Positions 12,666-24,737 of a DNA stretch of 64,000 nucleotides are shown piece by piece; the stretch's first letter is position 1, and the number at the start of each line of letters is the position of its first letter. A program made the translations under genes and the position numbers. The stretch spans positions 49,352,001 to 49,416,000 of the forward strand of contig OZ024746.1 of assembly GCA_964016885.1 (NCBI GenBank). The letters run 5' to 3'. The notes beneath the pieces are model-generated. The model did no database searches. It was not told the origin of the DNA and worked only from the letters and a program-made list of their open reading frames with translations. The stretch is from Eledone cirrhosa. Taxonomy: Eukaryota.

Positions 12666-14270
12666 TTTGCGTAAATATACGACAGCAAATTGGAAAGCTA
12701 TGCAATGTTATACATCCCCTGGTATATGTTCCGAGTAAGATGCTTAACGTAATCTCATTTTTCTTAGCGTTGCAGTATTTCAGAAATCTACCCAACCCAA
12801 GTTATTTAACTGCCGATTTACCTTCTCTTAGTAAATATTCATATGTACTATATAAGGAGAAAATGAAAATACACTGCGAAGGCTAATTTATAGAAAACAA
12901 TAGCTAAAAGGCTATCAGAAAAAACTGTAACTTACAATAACAAGTGGAAGTGGAAATTATAGATTTATATAGGAACGTACGGAAGATTTTCGATTTTGGA
13001 GATGGACATGACATTTATTTCTATTCTTCTATTGCTTGTAATATCTTTCATTTAGCTCAATGCAAATGTCTCTTAAACATCTCCTCTTTCTACAAATGAA
13101 ACATAAAATCTATGTATATACATAATCACCCACCAACCTGAGAATGTTTTGTAGATTTATTATATCAATTTCTAACATAATGAAATTAGCATTATGCCAA
13201 CAATGTCCAATTCCAAGCCGGCTGGAAAAGTGCTGACAACCACTACTCTCCTTCTATTGCATACATTCTAAATTATAATACTTGGAGATTTGGCCATATC
13301 GTTATTTCAAATTGAGTCGATTCTTACTTATTTGGAACACAAGAATCGAAAAACGAGCACTCCAGACTGCTAATTTTATGTTTGATGTAACATATCACAA
13401 ACATAGATTTACTTCACTAACTAATGTGGAAGTTTTTATGTTTTCGTGCGATCTGCTAGAAATAGCTCAAATCTCCATCGGTCAGATCCTATTGTCTTAA
13501 AAATGAAAGAATGTATTGGACAGTCGAGTTTTAAATATACAAAATTTGAAAATAGAGACATCATGATCACAACTGGAACACATGCAGTCATAGGTTTACT
13601 TCATCAAAGGTTAAACAACAACAACAACAAAGGTTTCAAATTTTATTTTGAAATAATTGTTTATTTCGCTCTCACAACTACTGCTAGAGAAAACTTAATT
13701 AAGTTAAAACTATATTGTCTCAAAGAACCGGTGATTGAGCTACATAGAAAAATAAACCAAGCAGATAATTTGTAAACAACAAAGGAGATATTGTTTAGCG
13801 CGACTAAATTCGTTTGCGTTTTCACAAACAGAGCATCTAGTTTTACATATAAATAATGTTATGAATATGGTAAAATATTTTGTTTCGCTTTGTTTTTACT
13901 TTGTTTTGCTAGATTTTGCATATAATTTGTTAATGGGCTGGGAAGTTTAACAATGAAAATGATGTTCCAAAAGCAATCTTCCTATGAGAATCGATTCAAA
14001 TGAATTTAAAACAAAAGATAAAAAATAAATAAACCATTAAGATGGCTAGAATGATTATAACTAACAAAGAATGAAACATTTAGTAATAGAGTCTATAGAG
14101 ATGAATGGATATTAGGTATATTCTGTGAATTGTGTAAAATTTATAACGTTCATTTTATAAAGCTTATCATGTAGGCAACGTTTTAAAAGCATAGTTAGCA
14201 TACTGCAATTCTCTATGAGAGCTCTTGCACGTACGTCGGAACATAATTTCTATACATCTATAAGTATAAT

Positions 14271-14541
14271 TGTTTCTACTTTAGGCAAAAGGCCAGCAAT
14301 TTGAAGGGAATGTATTGCTGGTGCTTATTTATCGACCCTGTAAGGATGAAAGGCAAAGCTAACCTCCGCGGGATTTAAACTCAGAACGTAAATGGCCGTA
14401 ACTCTATGCCGCCAAGCATGTTGTCATTCTGAGTTCAAATCCCGCCTAGGTTAAGTTTGCCTTTCATCCTTACGGGGTCGATAAAATAAAGTACCAGTAA
14501 TTCACTGGGTAATTGCTAGCCTTGTGCCAAAAGTAGAAACA
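14271..14541. mobile_element. Head-to-head pair of 5'-truncated SINEs (14271-14420 minus, 14426-14541 plus)
   Basis: Both halves match the SINE family, in opposite orientations. Confidence 0.9.
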
Positions 14542-15800
14542 ATTATTTGTTTCAACAATAAAACCAATGAAACTCGTAACAGATATGTTTGTGCTGGGAG
14601 AACTCATATTATAGAATTTTAAGAAATATATAATTTAACAGTTGGAGGTTATTTAAGAAACAGTCTTTTGCAGAAATGTTTTCAGTATTTGAACATTTTT
14701 CTACTTTACCCTTTGTCAACATTTTGTAAATTGGGACACATTTCAGAATACCCAATCAAGTTCCATCTTGAGAAATAAAACAAAAATGTTACTTAAAAAC
14801 CTTTCGTGATTATATTTCTAATGAAATATAATCGAGACTAACTGTGTTTCAAAATAATTTCCAATAACAATAATATTTTGGATTTAGTAAAACATAAAAA
14901 AATTTGAATGAAAAAAAAAGTTATCTCTGATTGAGACGAAGCGAAGGGTTTTCTCCTTTTTATATACATTTATAACTTTATATATATTATACTGGTGTTG
15001 AACGGATATCTTATGCCATTATTCATGCTATGAGATTTGGATCAATATATTAATTTAAATTCCAACACTCAAATATTTTGAAATTAATGGGGCTGAATAC
15101 ATTTTGTCTTCTAAGTGAAATCCTTGAAGCATGAATAATTAGACTGGCAAGCTATCAGTTGAAAGATTGATACTTATCACCGTGTTACTGTTACTGAGTT
15201 GCGATAGTAATCAAGGCATTTTATATGCAAGAAACCAGCTCATCTAGTTATAAATTGGAATCATGTGAGTAGTCCAGAATCGAGGACTTAAGCATGGAGA
15301 ATATGTGATAACTAAATATTAATTTCACGAAATAGTAATTCTGAGTTCATGCCCAACATAATTTGGCTCTCAGCCAACTATAAGTGAATCAATAGCTTGC
15401 CTATACTGCATTGTATCTATTAACAAATGAAATACCGTCTAGATTTCTTACGTAAACAGAAAGCATTACATGTTTTTATATTATAGGATAACATAGCCTT
15501 CGTTGTGTGGTTAGGAAGTTTATTTCACAATCACATGATGGTAACTTTTTTCGCATTACACGGCAACCCGCGTAAGGGACTTCCACCCAAACTTTGCTTG
15601 GTGTCAAGTTAACAAGCTAACAATGTGACAAAACAAGGAAAAGAGCGACAATGGCTTAAGAAAGCATTAACAATATACAACATTTATTTATTTAGTGTGG
15701 TAGTCAATCATATCTTTCACATTCAAAATATTCGTTTAAATCAGTCATGTTGAGAGTAATAACTATTGATTTCTGAAACGCAAGAGCGAAAATAAATTGA

Positions 15801-15803
15801 AAA

Positions 15804-15850
<47 letters not shown>

Positions 15851-15853
15851 ATA
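15801..15853. repeat. (AAAT)n microsatellite
   Basis: Direct inspection. Confidence 0.95.
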
Positions 15854-16232
15854 TATTTTTAAGACAGAAAGTGAGGAAAAGTGGTTCTGTATAGAGTTAA
15901 TTCAAACAGGTCGGTGAGAGGTGATTTCATGCTTTACGGCTCTTGCCTGGAATTCTTAGATGATCTTATTAACCATTTTTGTGCACAAAAAAAAAAGAGA
16001 ATATTAAATAGTATAGTAGCAAATAAAGAAATGGACACATTGGATAATATAGTCACTCGCCAAAAAAATAAAGAAAAAAGAATGGGATGGCCACAGCTAG
16101 AACGTCTTTGATTGCAAAACTGTTCAGTCAACGCTAATCTGTCGAAGCAAAAGCCGCCAACAATAACAACACCCACCACCACCATCACCACCACCACCAC
16201 CAACACCACCATAAAAAGACATAAATAATAAT

Positions 16233-16414
16233 TGTTTCTACATTTGGCACAAGGCCAGCAATTATCCCAGTGCATTACTGGTACTTTATTTTATCAACCC
16301 CGTAAGGATGAAAGGCAAAGTTAATCTCGGCGAGATTTGAACTCAGATCATAAAGGGCCGTAACTCTATGCGTCAAAGCATGGCGTCCGACCCTCTACCA
16401 TTACTGCCAATCCA
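16233..16414 (-). mobile_element. SINE copy with a 12-bp target-site duplication
   Basis: ATAAATAATAAT at 16221-16232 and 16415-16426. Confidence 0.93.
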
Positions 16415-16522
16415 ATAAATAATAATGTTTCTTCCTTCCCTTCCTAAAGAAAACGATAAGCAGTTGGCAAGGCTGGTCCGGTAGACAGGTTGTAGGAATG
16501 TAATTTCACATTCACTGCTAAT

Positions 16523-17421
16523 GTATTTGTATAGGTTGTTTTTCTCCATCTGAACACAGTCCTCTATGCTGATAAGACCTCTTCCACCCTCAGATCTCCT
16601 TAGGTAGAGTCTATCGACATCACTCCTCTTGTGGAACATGTTGTAGATAGTCAATAGCTTCCTAGTCTTCCTATCCATTTCTTTTTGTTCAGCAACATTC
16701 CATCTCAGAATTCCCGCACTGTACCTAATAATAGACACAGCTCGGGAATTTACTGCGCTTATGGCATTTCTGCTGTTCAGATGTGACTTCAATACGCTCC
16801 TTACTCTCCGAATGTATTCAGTTCTTAACAATTCCTTCATTTTTTTGTTCTTTATGCCATCAGCCTCCAGAACGCCCAAATACTTGTATCCTTCCTCAGA
16901 GACAATTTCCTTTATCATTTCACCTGTTGGTATCTGGATCCCGTTACTTCTGCTCAACCTACCCCTCCTCATCACAATGACTCCACATTTACCAATACCA
17001 AACTGCATACATATATCATTGCTGAAAATACGGACAGTGTCAACAAGCACATCCAACTCCTTCTCACTTTTCCCGAAGAGCTTAAGATCGTCCATGAAGA
17101 GGAGGTGATTGATGGTAAGCTCTCCCCTTCCCAACTTGTATCCTGCTCTCACTTTTCGCAGCATAATGGTCAAGGGCATCAGGGCAAGGACAAACAACAG
17201 AGGGGACAGGCTATCTCCCTGGAAGATACCTCTCTTGATCTTCACGCTTCCCAAGGATACTCCAGTTGATGTCAACTCTGTCTCCCAGGACCCCATACTC
17301 CTGCCCAGCAACTGTCTGATGTTGTCTGCCACCCTGAAGATCTCCAGGCTTTTGGTGATCCAAGAATGAGGCACCATGTCAAATGCCTTTCTGTAGTCTA
17401 TCCATCCCATGGCAAGATCAG
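16523..17421 (-). mobile_element. R4/Dong-type non-LTR retrotransposon, family B, internal RT fragment truncated at both ends
   Basis: WIDYRKAFD, RGIFQGDSLSPLLF, HLLFMDDLKLF, YKYLG, GGRGL. Similarity to the copy at 33174-33548 stops at ~16523. Confidence 0.9.
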
Positions 17422-20400
17422 TATTATTATTATTATTTGCATTTATCTTGCTTTATGTTTATACGAGTTATCACCAAGTCACAACCAGTGACCTCAAGAG
17501 ACAACAAGGTCCGCCATGTTCAAGAAAGAACACACATATTCACACATGCATCCTTAGTGTTTAGACTTGTGATGTACTTATATTGACAGGATCTTCCTTA
17601 GTATATGGGCAGTTCCCATTAGTACTATCTTTTGTATTTCTCCTATACGCGGGTTTCCTGGGATTTGCGATAAGTAGTCGTTAGACCCCTTAGGTATCAT
17701 TCCCAGAGCGCCTACAACCACTGGTATTGTTTTAGTTCTCAATTTCCACATTTTTCCAATTTCTATCTCCAGGTCCTTATACTTGCTCAATTTTTCAAAT
17801 GTTTTTATAGATACATTCTTGTCTATTGGAACAGACATATCAATTAGCAGGCATACCCTCCTTTGAAAGTCCTTCAATATTATATCAGGTCTATTTGCAT
17901 CTATTTTTCGGTCTGTTTGGATGCTAAAGTTCCACAAGATTGAGATGTGATCTTTTTCAAGTATGGGAGGTGGTTGATGCTCCCACCAATTCTTTTGATG
18001 GGGCAGGTCAAAATGCTTACACATTATCCAATGTATGTATTGTGCAGCTCTGTCATGCCTGTTTAGGTATTCGGTTGGAGCTATAGGACTGCACATTGAA
18101 ATTATATGGTCAATGGTCTCTGGTTGTTTTTTGCATACACGGCATAATGGGCTGCACCCATTTTTTATTATGTTGGCTTGGTAATTTTTTGTTGGCAGAC
18201 ACTGATCTTGTGCGGATATAATCAGTCCTTCAGTCTCCGATTTCAGTCCAGAGGATGCCAACCACTGATGGGTTAAAGTTTTGTCAACATCAGGATTGTT
18301 AGCTCGCTCTGGGTATTTTCCATACAGAGGCTTTTCTTGCCATTTCTTAGCCAGTTTCTGTAGCAGTTCTTTCTTTGCAGTTACTTTTACCTGCTTTGCT
18401 TTTTCTGTGTTTTCCATTTCAGCAGTAAATGGGACTTCTGAAATTTGTAGTCCATTACTGTATCTTTGTGCATCTTTTGTAATGGAATATGATCGTTTGG
18501 TGCTTTCGTGTTTCAAAACGAGTTTCATCATCCAATCATGTGATTCCCTTAGATATGTGGATAATCCAATTGTTGCAGTTTTCAACGCAATGTCTAACTG
18601 GATTAACCCACGTCCTCCTTCTTTCCTAGGGAGATATATTCTATCTATGTCTGCCTTAGGGTGATGCATTCTGTGCATGGTTAAGAATTTTCGGATTTTT
18701 GTATCGAGCCTACGGATCTCTGTGCTTGACCAGTTGATGACATTGTAACTGTAGGTTACTACTGGTATGGCAAGCGTGTTTATGGCATCGATCCTATTCC
18801 TTGCATTCAATTCCGTTCTTAAGATTGCTCTGACTCTGCGGTAACATTCCTTCCTTATCCTTTCCCTCATTGTCGAGTGCTTGATTCCGTCTCCTTCACA
18901 AACACCTAGATATTTGTAAGTTTGTTCTTGATCAAGCTCTCTTATCACGTTCCTCCGATCAAGATTAATGTCTGAACTCTTCAGCAGCTTTCCTCTGGTG
19001 AACGTTGCTTTGGCGCATTTATCCAGTCCAAACTCCATTTTAATGTCATCACTGAACTGCTTCACAGTGGATAATAGCCCTTGCAATTGTTCATCATTTT
19101 TTGCAAATAGTTTCAGGTCATCCATGTAGAACAGGTGATTAATGGTTTTGTCATAGACTCTATATCCATGTTTTGTTTCATTGAGCATTTTACTTACTGG
19201 TATAAGTGCGATGCAGAATAAAAGCGGTGATAAAGAGTCACCCTGAAAAATTCCACAATTAATGTTAACTTCTCCAGCTTCCAGTGATTTTGTTTCACTA
19301 TTCAAAAGGAGTGTCGTTCTCCATGTCCTCATACTGAATGACAAAAACCTCCTGACAACGGGGGATATTTTGAAAATCTCTAAACATTTTTCAATCCAAC
19401 TGTGTGGCAAACTATCAAATGCTTTTTTATAATCTATCCAAGCAATCGATAGATTTTTGTGTCTATTATGACAATCTTCCAGTATCATTTTGTTAACCAG
19501 AAGCTGATCCTTACAGCCATATGAGCCTCGTTTACACCCTTTCTGCTCAATGGGAAATAGGTCATTTGTTATCAGGTGGTCATATGTGTATTCAGTTAGG
19601 ACTGATGTTAAAATTTTATACATTGTGGTCAAGCAGGTTATCGGTCTGTAATTTTTGGGATTGTTTGTCTCATCATTCTTCGGTAGCAGGAATGTAATGC
19701 CGTTAACTAGCCATGATGGTATCTTTTCTGGCTCCTTAACTATTTCATTGTAAAGTTGGGCTAACAGCTCATGAGACTCTGTGAAGGCATTTATCCAAAA
19801 GTTTTGTATTTTGTCTTTTCCTGGGAATTTCCATTTGCTGGTTTTTCTTAGAGCCAAGCGCAGCTGTTCAACTGTTATATTTTCCCATGTTTGTTCTTCA
19901 AGGTGAGCTGTTTCTTTCATTTGTCTGTCTATCCATGGGGCATGTATGTTATGAACTTTTTCTTCGGCCCAGATCTTTTTCCAGAATTCTTGCACTTCCT
20001 CCTTGGGTGGTATTGATTTAGCAGTTATTGTTGACTTACCAATTTTTCTGTAGAAGTTTCTTTGGTTGTTTTTGAACATATTATTGTCCTTATAGAATCT
20101 AGATCGTTTTTCAAAGCGCCTTATACGAGCAGCTTTGGCCGACACTTTTTGCTTGATTGTTTCTATCAGCATGTCTATGTCACATGTTGATCTTATACTG
20201 TACTTTTTTTTCAATTTTCTAAGTTTAGTTTGTTTAACATGTTCACCTACTTTATAGTTTGTTAAAATTTCTATGTCAGATCGGAGAAGGTTTATTTGGC
20301 GATTGATGTTATCTTGCCAAGTAGATTTCTTGTGGGAATTCCTTTGTTTTTTCATCTTCACTCCACATAAGTGAGTGGTGACTTTAGCCGATGCATAATA

Positions 20401-21470
20401 GAGATGATTTAAGTCAGTAATGTTTATTTTGTTTGTGATGATAATGTTTTTGAGAATTATGTTAGTCTTGTGTATTATCTTTTGGTTCTGTTTGGAGTTC
20501 TGGATCTTAGGGGGGGTGTCTCGTTCCCCCATGTCAGATTCTTTCATTTTCATCCATTCGATCATAATTTCATCCTTCAAGTTGGCAAGTTCATTCTCAT
20601 TCATTTCTTTATCATTTACGATCTCATTATTTTCATTTGGAGTTTCATCCTGAGCATGCACTCCCTCCACTTTCTCGCTCCTTTCTTTAATTTGTTCTGT
20701 TGCCAGTGATTCCGCCCCAACTCTGGGATTCGAAGTGTTACAGTTTACCTCGTTCCCACCGACACATGCCTCATCCTCCCTTCGCTGACTTTGTGCTACT
20801 AGCTTGATCTGATCAATTTCTATATCAGTTAGTAACTTTTTTCTTACAATATTTCTTCGTATATTGGCTAGTTTGTTACTGTCAATATAGCCTCTGTTTT
20901 CGGGATGTTTCTTTTTCCAGTTGATATATGTTTGCTCTGTATTCGATGTATTTGATGGGTAGTACATGGCAGTGTAGAAAGCCTCAAGGACTTCTTTATT
21001 ATCTTCCCTTGACCATTTTTCTCTCTTTTTCTTTGGATTTCTTGGTGGTGAGCATGGAGGGCCAACAGTAGGAGTATTCCGGTTATGGGAGGTCTCCAGC
21101 TCCGAAGTGATGGGAAGGTTTGAACCATTAGCTGATTTTTCGACCCCAGTCTGGTTCCTCTCTGAGGGACGCGGCCCTTTTTTACCCGGGTGACGGCCGA
21201 TCCGGTATGAGATTTCATCATTAGACATCTACTTTATTTTGTCGCGTTTTATCCTTATCCGCCAAGGGGTAATCGTGTTACCACTTCTAGAACGAGTGTC
21301 AACCAAGACTAGAGGGGTCGTTCTCCCCTAGAGACATGGCTATTCCCCGCCGGCCGCCATCCCGGTATTTCTTGGTCACGGGGTTTTCTTTTTGTTGTTT
21401 TTTTTAAATTGTTATTATCATGAGTGGTTCCTTAATGTGAGCATTGCGTGGCTTAAGAATGAAATTATTA
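17422..21470 (-). mobile_element. Full-length R4/Dong-type RLE non-LTR retrotransposon, family A copy 1
   Basis: About 240-bp 5' UTR, single ORF, ~140-bp 3' UTR ending in (TAA)n at 17422-17436; TAATAAT at the 5' boundary. Confidence 0.93.
17578..21228 (-). CDS. Intact 1216-aa retrotransposon protein: Myb-like N-terminus, RT, CCHC knuckle, restriction-like endonuclease
   Basis: KKREKWSREDNKEVLEAF (Myb-like); NYRPITCL, WIDYKKAFDS, GIFQGDSLSPLLF, YMDDLKLF, YKYLG; CRVC-X8-H-X4-C; RPDIILKD..LIDMSVP..K..KYKDL. Confidence 0.95.
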   Translation of the reverse strand: MSNDEISYRIGRHPGKKGPRPSERNQTGVEKSANGSNLPITSELETSHNRNTPTVGPPCSPPRNPKKKREKWSREDNKEVLEAFYTAMYYPSNTSNTEQTYINWKKKHPENRGYIDSNKLANIRRNIVRKKLLTDIEIDQIKLVAQSQRREDEACVGGNEVNCNTSNPRVGAESLATEQIKERSEKVEGVHAQDETPNENNEIVNDKEMNENELANLKDEIMIEWMKMKESDMGERDTPPKIQNSKQNQKIIHKTNIILKNIIITNKINITDLNHLYYASAKVTTHLCGVKMKKQRNSHKKSTWQDNINRQINLLRSDIEILTNYKVGEHVKQTKLRKLKKKYSIRSTCDIDMLIETIKQKVSAKAARIRRFEKRSRFYKDNNMFKNNQRNFYRKIGKSTITAKSIPPKEEVQEFWKKIWAEEKVHNIHAPWIDRQMKETAHLEEQTWENITVEQLRLALRKTSKWKFPGKDKIQNFWINAFTESHELLAQLYNEIVKEPEKIPSWLVNGITFLLPKNDETNNPKNYRPITCLTTMYKILTSVLTEYTYDHLITNDLFPIEQKGCKRGSYGCKDQLLVNKMILEDCHNRHKNLSIAWIDYKKAFDSLPHSWIEKCLEIFKISPVVRRFLSFSMRTWRTTLLLNSETKSLEAGEVNINCGIFQGDSLSPLLFCIALIPVSKMLNETKHGYRVYDKTINHLFYMDDLKLFAKNDEQLQGLLSTVKQFSDDIKMEFGLDKCAKATFTRGKLLKSSDINLDRRNVIRELDQEQTYKYLGVCEGDGIKHSTMRERIRKECYRRVRAILRTELNARNRIDAINTLAIPVVTYSYNVINWSSTEIRRLDTKIRKFLTMHRMHHPKADIDRIYLPRKEGGRGLIQLDIALKTATIGLSTYLRESHDWMMKLVLKHESTKRSYSITKDAQRYSNGLQISEVPFTAEMENTEKAKQVKVTAKKELLQKLAKKWQEKPLYGKYPERANNPDVDKTLTHQWLASSGLKSETEGLIISAQDQCLPTKNYQANIIKNGCSPLCRVCKKQPETIDHIISMCSPIAPTEYLNRHDRAAQYIHWIMCKHFDLPHQKNWWEHQPPPILEKDHISILWNFSIQTDRKIDANRPDIILKDFQRRVCLLIDMSVPIDKNVSIKTFEKLSKYKDLEIEIGKMWKLRTKTIPVVVGALGMIPKGSNDYLSQIPGNPRIGEIQKIVLMGTAHILRKILSI

Positions 21471-21475
21471 ATAAT

Positions 21476-21520
21476 TGTCTCCACTCCAGGGACAAGGCCA
21501 GCAATCACCCAGTGCATTAC
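21476..21520 (-). mobile_element. SINE 3'-end fragment abutting the 5' end of Dong copy 1
   Basis: TGTCTCCACTCCAGGGACAAGGCCAGCAATCACCCAGTGCATTAC aligns without gaps to the SINE tail. Confidence 0.85.
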
Positions 21521-22309
21521 AATAATATAATATACTTTTTGTTGTAGTTGGCTGTTATTGCTGCTGGCTATGTCGGTGGTGGTGCCGGGGCTTTTTATAT
21601 TGTTGGTGAGGAAGGGGTGAGCCAGCAGTCCCATAATTGTTGATGTAGACGTTTGTCCGTGGCAAGGTCACCAAGTCAATCTATTTATATCTTTTGCTAG
21701 CCTCTCTCTTGTCTAGTGCTACCACCACCTTCCCTTTTCTCTCTCAAGTTAACAGGGGAATAGTGTCAGTAGCATTGAATGAGTGGTGGCGGCGATGATG
21801 GATGTGGTGGGGTGGTGGCAGCGGTGGTGTTGTGGTTACTGATATAGTATCTATGAGTTTGTGTTCGTATGTTTAATATATATTTTCATTATATTTTGTG
21901 TTGACATATTCCCGTAAAATTTGAATTAAACATTTTTTAAAATTTGAGACAATAATAATAGTAATTATTATTATGATGCCGGTGAAGTTGCCGTTATATT
22001 TAGTGTGATGGGATAGGTAGTGTATCAAGTTTCTGGTGTTGGTGAAATTGAAATTGCCGCTGTTCTATATAGTGTAGACAGAGGGTGTTTTGTTCCATTT
22101 ATAACCATTTTCTTTTTTTGAATACAAAATATATAATACAAAGTTGAATATTTGAGCGATACAACAATATAATATGGATCCGAAACTTTATGGGACCTCA
22201 TTCGGTGCCTTTATGCAACATTTGTGCTAAGAATTGTTCTTTCACAATTGATTTAAATATGTTAAAAATCAAAAAACTTACGGGAGCAATTTCGTGACGT
22301 TCTACCACC

Positions 22310-24680
22310 TTATTATTATTATTATTATTATTATTTGCATTTATCTTGCTTTATGTTTATACGAGTTATCACCAAGTCACAACCAGTGACCTCAAGAGAC
22401 AACAAGGTCCGCCATGTTCAAGAAAGAACACACATATTCACACATGCATCCTTAGTGTTTAGACTTGTGATGTACTTATATTGACAGGATCTTCCTTAGT
22501 ATATGGGCAGTTCCCATTAGTACTATCTTTTGTATTTCTCCTATACGCGGGTTTCCTGGGATTTGCGATAAGTAGTCGTTAGACCCCTTAGGTATCATTC
22601 CCAGAGCGCCTACAACCACTGGTATTGTTTTAGTTCTCAATTTCCACATTTTTCCAATTTCTATCTCCAGGTCCTTATACTTGCTCAATTTTTCAAATGT
22701 TTTTATAGATACATTCTTGTCTATTGGAACAGACATATCAATTAGCAGGCATACCCTCCTTTGAAAGTCCTTCAATATTATATCAGGTCTATTTGCATCT
22801 ATTTTTCGGTCTGTTTGGATGCTAAAGTTCCACAAGATTGAGATGTGATCTTTTTCAAGTATGGGAGGTGGTTGATGCTCCCACCAATTCTTTTGATGGG
22901 GCAGGTCAAAATGCTTGCACATTATCCAATGTATGTATTGTGCAGCTCTGTTATGCCTGTTTAGGTATTCGGTTGGAGCTATAGGACTGCACATTGAAAT
23001 TATATGGTCAATGGTCTCTGGTTGTTTTTTGCATACACGGCATAATGGGCTGCACCCATTTTTTATTATGTTGGCTTGGTAATTTTTTGTTGGCAGACAC
23101 TGATCTTGTGCGGATATAAGCAGTCCTTCAGTCTCCGATTTCAGTCCAGAGGATGCCAACCACTGATGGGTTAAAGTTTTGTCAACATCAGGATTGTTAG
23201 CTCGCTCTGGGTATTTTCCATACAGAGGCTTTTCTTGCCATTTCTTAGCCAGTTTCTGTAGCAGTTCTTTCTTTGCAGTTACTTTTACCTGCTTTGCTTT
23301 TTCTGTGTTTTCCATTTCAGCAGTAAATGGGACTTCTGAAATTTGTAGTCCATTACTGTATCTTTGTGCATCTTTTGTAATGGAATATGATCTTTTGGTG
23401 CTTTCGTGTTTCAAAATGAGTTTGATCATCCAATATGTGGATAATCCAATTGTTGCAGTTTTCAACGCAATGTCTAACTGGATTAACCCACGTCCTCCTT
23501 CTTTCCTAGGGAGATATATTCTATCTATGTCTGCCTTAGGGTGATGCATTCTGTGCATGGTTAAGAATTTTCGGATTTTTGTATCGAGCCTACGGATCTC
23601 TGTGCTTGACCAGTTGATGACATTGTAACTGTAGGTTACTACTGGTATGGCAAGCGTGTTTATGGCATCGATCCTATTCCTTGCATTCAATTCCGTTCTT
23701 AAGATTGCTCTGACTCTGCGGTAACATTCCTTCCTTATCCTTTCCCTCATTGTCGAGTGCTTGATTCCGTCTCCTTCACAAACACCTAGATATTTGTAAG
23801 TTTGTTCTTGATCAAGCTCTCTTATCACGTTCCCCCGATCAAGATTAATGTCTGAATTCTTCAGCAGCTTTTCTCTGGTGAACGTTGCTTTGGCGCATTT
23901 ATCCAGTCCAAACTCCATTTTAATGTCATCACTGAACTGCTTCACAGTGGATAATAGCCCTTGCAATTGTTCATCATTTTTTGCAAATAGTTTCAGGCCA
24001 TCCATGTAGAACAGGTGATTAATGGTTTTGTCATAGACTCTATATCCATGTTTTGTTTCATTGAGCATTTTACTTACTGGTATAAGTGCGATGCAGAATA
24101 AAAGCGGTGATAAAGAGTCACCCTGAAAAATTCCACAATTAATGTTAACTTCTCCAGCTTCCAGTGATTTTGTTTCACTATTCAAAAGGAGTGTCGTTCT
24201 CCATGTCCTCATACTAAATGACAGAAACCTCCTGATAACGGGGGATATTTTGAAAATCTCTAAACATTTTTCAATCCAACTGTGTGGCAAACTATCAAAT
24301 GCTTTTTTATAATCTATCCAAGCAATCGATAGATTTTTGTGTCTATTATGACAATCTTCCAGTATCATTTTGTTAACCAGAAGCTGATCCTTACAGCCAT
24401 ATGAGCCTCGTTTACACCCTTTCTGCTCAATGGGAAATAGGTCATTTGTTATCAGGTGGTCATATGTGTATTCAGTTAGGACTGATGTTAAAATTTTATA
24501 CATTGTGGTCAAGCAGGTTATCGGTCTGTAATTTTTGGGATTGTTTGTCTCATCATTCTTCGGTAGCAGGAATGTAATGCCGTTAACTAGCCATGATGGT
24601 ATCTTTTCTGGCTCCTTAACTATTTCATTGTAAAGTTGGGCTAACAGCTCATGAGACTCTGTGAAGGCATTTATCCAAAA

Positions 24681-24683
<3 letters not shown>
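22310..24683 (-). mobile_element. R4/Dong family A copy 2, 5'-truncated, catalytically dead
   Basis: Near-identical to 17422-19803. YMDD changed to YMDG; 18-bp in-frame deletion (LRESHD). (TAA)n tail at 22310-22335. Confidence 0.95.

Positions 24684-24737
<54 letters not shown>

Noticed and set aside
16373-16522. C-terminal part of the 345-aa ORF
   Set aside because: Read-through beyond the truncated element into flank and SINE sequence.
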